A DNA stretch of 64,000 bases from Eledone cirrhosa (lineage: Eukaryota), in the NCBI GenBank assembly GCA_964016885.1, contig OZ024760.1, positions 22,196,001-22,260,000 of the forward strand. Reading direction: 5' to 3'. Shown piece after piece: positions 55,501 to 64,000 of this stretch (position 1 is the first letter of the stretch; the number at the start of each line of letters is the position of its first letter). The notes beneath the pieces were generated by a model. The model had not been told where the DNA came from and searched no databases. It worked only from the letters and a program-made list of their open reading frames with translations. The translations under genes and the position numbers were made by a program.

Positions 55501-56205
55501 CGAAAAAGAAAAAAAGAAAAAAAAGAAAAAAAGAAAAAAAGAAAAAAAGAAAAAAAGAAAAAAAGAAAAAAAGAAAAAAAGAAAAAAGACGAAGTCGAAG
55601 ATGAAGAAGAATACAAAGAAGAAAAAGAAGAGAAGAAGAAGAAAACGAAGAAGAAAGAAGTCGAAGAAGTAGACGGAGAAGAAGAGGAGGAATAAGAAGG
55701 AAAAGAAGGAGAAAAGGAAGAAGGAAAAGAAGGAAAAGAAAAAGAAGAAGGAAAAGAAGGAGAAAAGGAAGAAGGAAAAGAAGGAAAAGAAGAAGAAAAA
55801 GAAGAAGGAAAAGAAGGAGAAAAGGAAGAAGGAAAAGAAGGAAAAGAAGGAAAAGAAGGAAAAGAAAAAGATGAAAAAGAAAAAGAAGGAAGAAAAGACG
55901 AAGAAGAAGAAAAAGAAAAGTAAGAATGAAAAGAAGTCGATGAAAGAAGAAGAAAAAGAAAACGAAGGCGAAGACGAAGAAGAAAAAGAAGAAGAAGAAG
56001 AAGAAGAAAGTAGACGAAAAAGAAAAAAGACGAAGTGGAAGGAGGAAGATAAGAGGAAGACGAAAGAAGCCATATGTGAAGAGAGAGACATTTGCCGAAG
56101 AACCGATACAAAGCTTTTACAGTTTAATGCAGCTGGCATTTAATCAAAGATGTCCGACTCCTCCAAATAATTACATATTGGTTTCCTTTCAGTAGATAAT
56201 ACAAC

Positions 56206-56718
56206 AAATGTTCGGTTAAATAAAGTTGTAATGGAGGAAGGTGGAATAGGCGGTGGAGCGTCGGAGAGAAATGTTCGGTTAAATAAAGTTGTAATGGAGG
56301 AAGGTGGAATAGGCGGTGGAGCGTCGGAAAGAAATGTTCGGTTAAATAAAGTTGTAATGGAGAAAGGTAGAATAGGCGGTGGAGCGTCGGAAAGAAATGT
56401 TCGGTTAAGTAAAGTTGTAATGGAGGAAGGTGGAATAGGCGGTGGAGCGTCGGAGAGAAATGTTCGGTTAAATAAAGTTGTAATGGAGGAAGGTGGAATA
56501 GGCGGTGGAGCGTCGGAAAGAAATGTTCGGTTAAATAAAGTTGTAATGGAGAAAGGTAGAATAGGCGGTGGAGCGTCGGAAAGAAATGTTCGGTTAAATA
56601 AAGTTGTAATGGAGAAAGGTAGAATAGGCGGTGGAGCGTCGGAAAGAAATGTTCGGTTAAATAAAGTTGTAATAGAGAAAGGTAGAATAGGCGGTGGAGC
56701 GTCGGAGATAAATGTTCG
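56206..56718. repeat. 63-bp minisatellite, 8 copies
   Basis: aaatgttcggttaaataaagttgtaatggaggaaggtggaataggcggtggagcgtcggarag periodicity. Confidence 0.95.
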
Positions 56719-56814
56719 ATTATATCATAACTATAATAAAGGGTGGAGTGCTGGACTGAGGCCGTTTTATATTTTGTTTTCCCGTTAGTAAAATAAGTTA
56801 GATTACTTTGATAA

Positions 56815-57355
56815 ATAATTGTTTCTACATTTGGCACAAGGCCAGCAATTATTCCAGTTCATTACTGGTTCTTTATTTTATCGACCCCGTAAGGATGAAA
56901 GGCAAAGTTAACCTCGGCGGGATTTGAACTCAGACTATAAAGGGGCGTAACTCTATGCTGCAAAGTATGGCGTCCGACCTTCTACCAATACTGCCAATCC
57001 CTCGCCCTTTGACTAAATAATGAATGAATATTACATAATTTATCTACTAAATTTCGTAGCTGTTGATTAAACATAAATATTCATCATCACCGTTTTACGT
57101 CCGTTCTTCCACGCTAGCATGGGTTAGACGGGTTGTCCTGTTGTGGGCAGTGTCTGGTCGGCTGACCATGCCTTGCTCATACAGGAACTGATTTGGCTTG
57201 ATCTTATATATAATTGTTTCTACTTTTGGCACAAGGTCAGCAAATATCCAGTGTATTACTGGTACTTTATTTTATCGACCCCGTAAAGATGAAAGGCAAA
57301 GTTAACCTCGGCGGGATTTGAACTCAGAATGGCAAGGGCCGTAATTCTATGCGTC
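56815..57355 (-). mobile_element. Two SINE family A copies (56815-57000 and 57210-57355)
   Basis: Reverse-complement core and boxes. Confidence 0.87.
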
Positions 57356-57590
57356 AATATATATATTCTTATATATAATGATTGCTTATTTTAAGATTCA
57401 CTTCTTTAAAAAATTTCAAATGTCAACACTTTCAGTTAGCGTCCGTTATATCATAACATTTATTACATCGCTTATATAAAGCGTAGAAATGCTACAAAGA
57501 TAGCTTATAAAATAGAGTGAAGACCCTTAAAAGACAAAAAAAGAGGTTGCTATTGGCCAGAATTGAACCCCGTATATATACATATATATA

Positions 57591-57963
<373 letters not shown>

Positions 57964-58320
57964 CTCAACGCTTCAAAAGCCGATAATTCGGCTTCGTACA
58001 TTGTTTACACACGGATGTCTATCTGTCAGTCTCGAAACTGTTGTCCAGTTATATAGTTAAAATGGCGGCAAGAAAATTGTCATGGATCCTTAGCCTACAG
58101 CGTCTAACCGGTATCTGGAAGATATGGAGTTCAAGTCCTCATAATGGCCGATGACAACTTCTTTTTCCATCTTTTAAAGATCTTCACCCTACTTTATATA
58201 TTATCTTTATAGCATTTTTGCGCTGGAACATATATATATATATTGAATTTAACTAATATGCTATAATAATTTTATACAAACATATGCAGGGAAAATATAT
58301 TGAACGTAGCAAAGAATTAT

Positions 58321-58372
<52 letters not shown>

Positions 58373-58441
58373 AAAAATAGATGAAATCGAAAATGCAATT
58401 GGAGTCTTATTTTTAAAAAAAATATATATATTTATTTGGTT

Positions 58442-58479
58442 CCTTTGCGGGTTTCGCAGTTCTTCTGCTTTTCAAAAGG
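58442..58479 (-). ncRNA. Minimal hammerhead with UUGAAAA (U3:A8) core; U16.1C so probably inactive
   Basis: Minus: cctt-TTGAAAA-gcag aagaa ctgc-GAAA-cccg-CA-aagg; lies inside nested inverted repeats 58366-58557. Confidence 0.6.
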
Positions 58480-58612
58480 TGAGTTGAGATGGAGAAAAAC
58501 CACAGACCCTCCATCTCAACTCGATTGCATTTTCGATTTCATCTCTTTTTCTTTATACTTTCACTCGTGTAGGACACCTCAGTTATTTTTCATTTTGTAA
58601 AAAAAACCTCAC

Positions 58613-58671
<59 letters not shown>

Positions 58672-58946
58672 GGAGGTGAGTTTTATTGTAGTACAATAAA
58701 GCAATGCAGATATCGGATAAGTAGCACTCTACAGTTTGTAGGACTGGAGTATAAATAATATATAAGATCAAAAGATGGTTAAAAGAGTTCCATGTATTTT
58801 ATTATGCACATTTCAAAAACAAATATCATCATGCAATAACATTTGCGTTTTCGTCAACTTGTGAATAGTGCAGTTTTAAATCAACATATGTTGATTTAAA
58901 ATTGCACTATCCACAAGTGTGTTTTAACCTTCATATCATGTCTCCC

Positions 58947-59017
58947 TATTTTATCTGACGAAAACGCAAATGTTATTGCATAATGATATTTGTTTTTGAA
59001 ATGCGCATAATAAAATA
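58947..59017 (+). ncRNA. Type I hammerhead ribozyme with 36-nt stem II, in a nested fold-back
   Basis: tattttat-CTGACGA-aaacgcaaatgttatt gcat aatgatatttgttttt-GAAA-tgcgca-TA-ataaaata; 8-bp stem I; inverted copy at ~58760-58856. Confidence 0.85.
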
Positions 59018-59045
59018 CATGGAACTTTTTTAACCATCTTTTGAT

Positions 59046-59099
<54 letters not shown>

Positions 59100-60235
59100 T
59101 GCAACAACAAAAGCTACAACAGTGACAACAACAACAAAGTCAACATTGGCAATGACAAGAGTAAAGTCGACAAGAAACTCGTTGAGTTACGACTAAATAA
59201 CCAATTTCCTCTGTCTTAACATGCTGTGAAATATATGTCGCGGCGGTTAAGTTGTTCCTAATCCGTACAACTTCCTGGTGTTGCATTTCCTTCCGTTGTA
59301 CCAAAATATGCATAATCTATTGATTTCCTGCACTGTGGTACATGCCCACATTTTAATTTGATACCACCATCATACATATCGCTATTACCTTCAGAAGTCA
59401 TCGAACGCCACAACCATCGCTGCCATCACCAGCACCATCACCACCACCAACGTCATACACACCGCCAATACCTTAGAAGTCACCAAACACCACCACCATC
59501 GCTGCCATCACCACCACCCGCATCATCATCATCACCAGCACACACACTGCCAATACCTCAAAAGTCACCAAACAGCCTCCAACCATCGCAGCCACCACCA
59601 TCACCACCGCTATCGCCATCATCATCATCATCATCATCAGACACATCACCAATACATCAGAAATCAGCAAACACCACCACCACCACCATCACAACCAACA
59701 CCACCCATCAGAGACATCGCCAATACCTTAGATGTCACCAACCACCACAACCATCGCTGCGACCCCCATCACAACCACTACCACCACCACCACCACCAGT
59801 CCTAATACCACCACCACCACCACCACCACCACCACTACCAACACCACCAACACCACCACCACTGCCACCACCAACACCACCACTACCAACACCATCACCA
59901 ACACTATCACCACCACCACTACCAACACCACCACTACCAACACCACCACCACCACTACCACCACCACCACCACCACCACTACCAACACCACTACCAACAC
60001 CACCACCAACACCACCACCACCACTACCACCACCACCACCAACACCACGATCATCCTCATTATCACCAATTGGAAGGAATATGTTATGAAAATGGTGGCA
60101 TATATTTTTGTGTCTTTAGGGAGAGTTCAGTCTGTAGCAAAGATTCGTGTAATGTCTCTGGTTTGAGGCTAAGTGCAGCCACCAACACTGAGTTCATAAA
60201 AAAGTGCCACGGCCGATAACTACACCATGTTCGAG

Positions 60236-60607
60236 CAAGGCCACATTTAATGGGTTGGGGGACACAAAAAGCGCAGTTGCCGCGGGTTCCCTGCACTGGA
60301 AAGCCCTACCAGCGACGGCCGTAGCAATTTATTAATGCCCTCGGTCCTGCTTTTTAGTTTAGAATGGTTAGTTTAGGATGGTTAGTTTAGGATGGTTAGT
60401 TTAGGATGGTTAGTTTAGAATGTTTAAATTCAAAACCTGTATGAGGAAGTATAACTATTCAATTGCAATTACATGCCACATGCTAACTTTGATATGTAAA
60501 ATGTTCATTTTGCGGGGTGGGGTTGCTGGATATTCAAAGTTTTTGTGTTTGAGGGGACCCCCAAGCATGAATTGCTCCGGGCACCCTAAGGTCTAAATCC
60601 AACCCAG
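60236..60607. mobile_element. hAT-type MITE, copy 1 of a tandem duplication
   Basis: Degenerate TIRs caaggccacattta and taaatccaacccag; flanks tgttcgag and tgttcggg. Confidence 0.6.
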
Positions 60608-60741
60608 TGTTCGGGCTCAGAGTTCAGTCTTTAGCAAACGTTCGTGTAATGTCTCTGGTTTGAGGCTAACTGCAGCCACCAAGATTAAAACATTAAGAGC
60701 CATGAAAAAGTCTCACGGCCGATAACAGCCCCATGTTCGGA

Positions 60742-61256
60742 CAGGGCCAGATTAAATAGAGTGTGTGTGTGTACAAAGGGCGCAATTACCAGGGGTTCTT
60801 TGCACTGGCAAGCCCCACCAGCGACGGCCGTAGCAATTTATTTGTGCCCTCGGTCCTGCTTTTTAGTTTAGGATGGTTAGTTTAGGATGGTTAGGTTAGG
60901 ATGGTTAGTTTAGGATGGTTAGTTTAGGATGGTTAGGTTAGGATGGTTAGTTTAGGATGGTTAGTTTAGGATGGTTAGTTTAGGATGGTTAGTTTAGGAT
61001 GGTTAGTTTAGAATGATTAGTTTAGGATGGTTAGTTTAGGATGGTTAGCTTAGGATGGTTAGTTTAGAATTTTTAAATTTAAAACCCCTATGAGGAAGTA
61101 TAACTATTCAATTCCAATTACATGCCACATGCTAACTTTGATATGTAAAATGTTCTTTTTGCGGGGCGGGGTTGCTGGATATTCAAAGTTTTTGTGTTTG
61201 AGGGGACCCCCAAGCATGAATTGACCCGGGAACCCTAAGGACTAAATCCAACCCAG
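60742..61256. mobile_element. hAT-type MITE, copy 2, with perfect 8-bp TSD and internal (TTTAGGATGGTTAG)n
   Basis: TGTTCGGA at 60734-60741 and 61257-61264; TIRs cagggccagatta and taaatccaacccag. Confidence 0.72.
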
Positions 61257-61359
61257 TGTTCGGACGCCATCTTGTTGTAGTTTTAGAAGGCGCTGTTGTT
61301 ATTTCCGGTGACGTTGAAAGTGATTGTTTTGGCATTGAAAGAAAGCCAGATCCGCCATT

Positions 61360-64000
61360 ACCAGCACGACCAGAACAACGACAACCACGACGATGATGAC
61401 GATGCCGATGACGATGATGACGATGACGATGCCGATGACGATGATGACGATGACGATGACGATGATGACGATGCCGATGATGATGCCGATGATGACGATG
61501 ACGACGATGACGATGATGATGATGATGATGATCACCACCATCACAAACACGACTGCCACTACCATCGCTGCCATCACCACCACCACCAACACCAACACCA
61601 TTAAAGCCACTATCTCCACCACCACCACCACCACCACCACAATTACTATCCCGACCACTACCACAAGCACAGCCACCACCACCACCATCACCACCACTAC
61701 CACCACCACTAGCTCCAACACTACAATCTCTACGGCCACCATCACCACATTCTCCACCACCAACATCCCTCCCACCACTACCACCACCACTACTATCATC
61801 ACTACTACCACCACTACCACCCCCACCACCACCGCTACCATCTCTACCACCACCACTAGCTCCAACACTACCATCTCTACCACCACCATCACCACCACCA
61901 ACATCCCCCCCCCACCACTACCACCACCACTACTATCATCACTACTACCACCACTACCACCACCACCGCTACCATCTCTACCACCACCACTAGCTCCAAC
62001 ACTACCATCTCTACCACCACCATCACCACATTCTCCACCACCAACATCCCCCCACTACCATCTCCCCACCACTACCACCACCACCACCACTATCATCACT
62101 ACCACCACCACCACTACTACCACCACCCCACCACCACCAACACCACCGCCACCATCACCACCTACCTTCCCACATGTATCTCACCATGACCAAATTTCTA
62201 CATAAATTGGAAACACATGAAAAGTTAAAGCTTTTAATACAAAACCGGTGAAGCAATGTGGTGGTGGTGGTGGTGGTGTTGTTGTTGGTGGTGGTGTTGT
62301 TGGTAGTGTTGGTGTGGCTGGTCGTGGTGGTGTTAGTGGTGATGGTGATGTTGGTGTTACTGGTGAAGGTGATAGCAGTGGTGGTGGTGATGATGGCGGC
62401 GGAAGTGTTGGTGGTGGTCCTGAGGCAGTGTTGTTGTTGTTGGTTGTGTTGTAGTGGTGTTGGTGCTGATGGTCTTAATGGTGATGGTGGTTGTGGTGTT
62501 GGCAGTGGTGTTGGTGTTAGCAGTGGTGGTGGTGGTGGTGGTAGTGGTGTTGGTCGTGGTGTTGGTGGTGGTGATGGTAGTGGTGCTAGTAGTGGTGGTA
62601 GTGGTGCTGGTGGTAGTGGTGGTGTTGGTAGTGGTGATGGTAGTGTTGTTGTTGGTGGTGGTTGTGCTGATGGTGCTAATAGTGTTGGTGATGGTGGTGG
62701 TGTTGTTGTTGGTGGTGGTGGTGGTGGTGTTGTTGGCAGTGGTGGTGGTGGTGTCGTTAATGGTGTTGGTGGGGGGTGTTGTTGTTGTTGGCGGCGGTGG
62801 TGTTTGTGGTGGCGCGAGGGTTGGTGGAGGCGGTGGCGTTAATTGCGTTAGTGTTGGTGGTGATCATGGTGGTGGTGTTGGTGGTGTTGGCGTTGGTGGT
62901 GATTTTGGTGGTGTTGGTGGGGTGCTGTTGGTGGTGGTGGTGTTGGTGGTGGCCTTAGTGGCGGTAGTGGGATTTTGGCGTTCGTATTGGTGTTGATGGT
63001 CGTGGTGTTGCTATTGGTAGTGGTGGGAGTGGTGTTAGTGCTGGAAGTGATGGTGATACTGGTGTTGTTGTTAGTGTTGGTGTTGATGGTGATTGTGGTG
63101 GTGTTATTAGTGATGGTGGTGTGGTGTGGTGTTTGTGTTGGTGGTGGTGGTGTGATGTTGGTAAAAAATGGCGCGGAGGTGTCATGCTGTTGGTGATGGC
63201 GGTGAGGTGTCTGTATTGGTGTGTGTGGTATTACTGGTGGTGGTGATAATGGTGGTGTTAGTGTTGGTGGTGCTGGTAGTGGTGCTGGTAGTGGTGCAGG
63301 TAGTGGTGATGGTTGTGGTGTTGGTGTTAGTGTTGGTGGTGCTGGTAGTGGTGCTGGTAGTGGTGCTGGTAGTGGTGATGGTTGTGGTGTTGGTGTTAGT
63401 GTTGGTGGTGCTGGTAGTGGTGCTGGTAGTGGTGCTGGTAGTGGTGCAGGTAGTGGTGATGGTTGTGGTGTTGGTGTTAGTGTTGGTGGAGATGGTGGTG
63501 CTGGTAGTGGTGATGGTTGTGGTGTTGGTGTTAGTGGTTGTGGTGATAGTGCTGGTGATGGTGTTGATGTTATTGATGGTGGTGATGCTCGTGAGATGTT
63601 CACAATGGTGGTGTGGTGGTTATGGTGATGGTGGTAGTATTGTATTGTTGTTGATGGTGGTGTGATGTCTCTTCGTAATGGTGGGTGTGGCGTGGTGTTC
63701 GTGTGTGTGATGCTTTTGGTCATAATGGTATGATGTGATGTTGGTGGTGATGGTGGCTGTGGTGTTGGTGGCGAGCGGCTGTTGGTGGTGGGGATGTGAT
63801 GTTGGTGGATATGGTGGGTGTGGTGTTGGTGGTGAGCGGCTGTTGGTGGTGGGGATGTGATGTTGGTGGATATGGTGGGTGTGGTGTTGGTGGCGAGCGG
63901 CTGTTGGTGGTGGGGATGTGATGTTGTTTGTAATGGTGGGTGTAGTGTTGGTGGAAATTCCAGTGATGGTGGTGTGACGTTGTTGGTTATGGTGGGGGCG
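61360..64000. repeat. (GAY)n, (CCA)n and (GGT)n low-complexity blocks; 60-bp repeat at ~63730-63930
   Basis: Direct observation. Confidence 0.9.

Noticed and set aside
59200-59395. Short minus-strand frame EGNSDMYDGGIKLKCGHVPQC..
   Set aside because: No recognisable domain and no clear splice sites.

Overview
This is repeat-saturated eukaryotic DNA, probably from an octopod cephalopod. That assignment is an inference from the extreme (TA)n/(CA)n/(GGT)n density and from Meta-like and CORE-like tRNA-SINEs. I found no intact host protein-coding gene, and nearly all ORFs in the track are microsatellite or minisatellite artefacts. Conventional content: fragments of CR1/L2 and RTE LINEs, about 20 SINE copies, two deleted mariner elements, a duplicated hAT-type MITE with an 8-bp TSD, a non-autonomous Helitron and several tandem arrays (23, 87, 63 and 20 bp). 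The main hidden signal lies in the short unique islands between (TA)n tracts. Many are pseudo-LTR (pLTR) remnants of Penelope-like retroelements (PLEs) carrying type I hammerhead ribozymes. By eye I parsed about 15 full or near-full hammerhead folds and about 8 fold-back half-hammerheads. One sits downstream of a GIY-YIG C-terminal ORF (38483-38800) that the ORF track missed. Unusual recurrent features are U3:A8 compensatory cores (3 loci), CCGANGA cores (2 loci), stem II extended to 79-90 nt, palindromic stem III loops, and fold-back inversions centred on or next to the ribozyme. All folds were parsed manually; no folding program, database search or activity assay was run.
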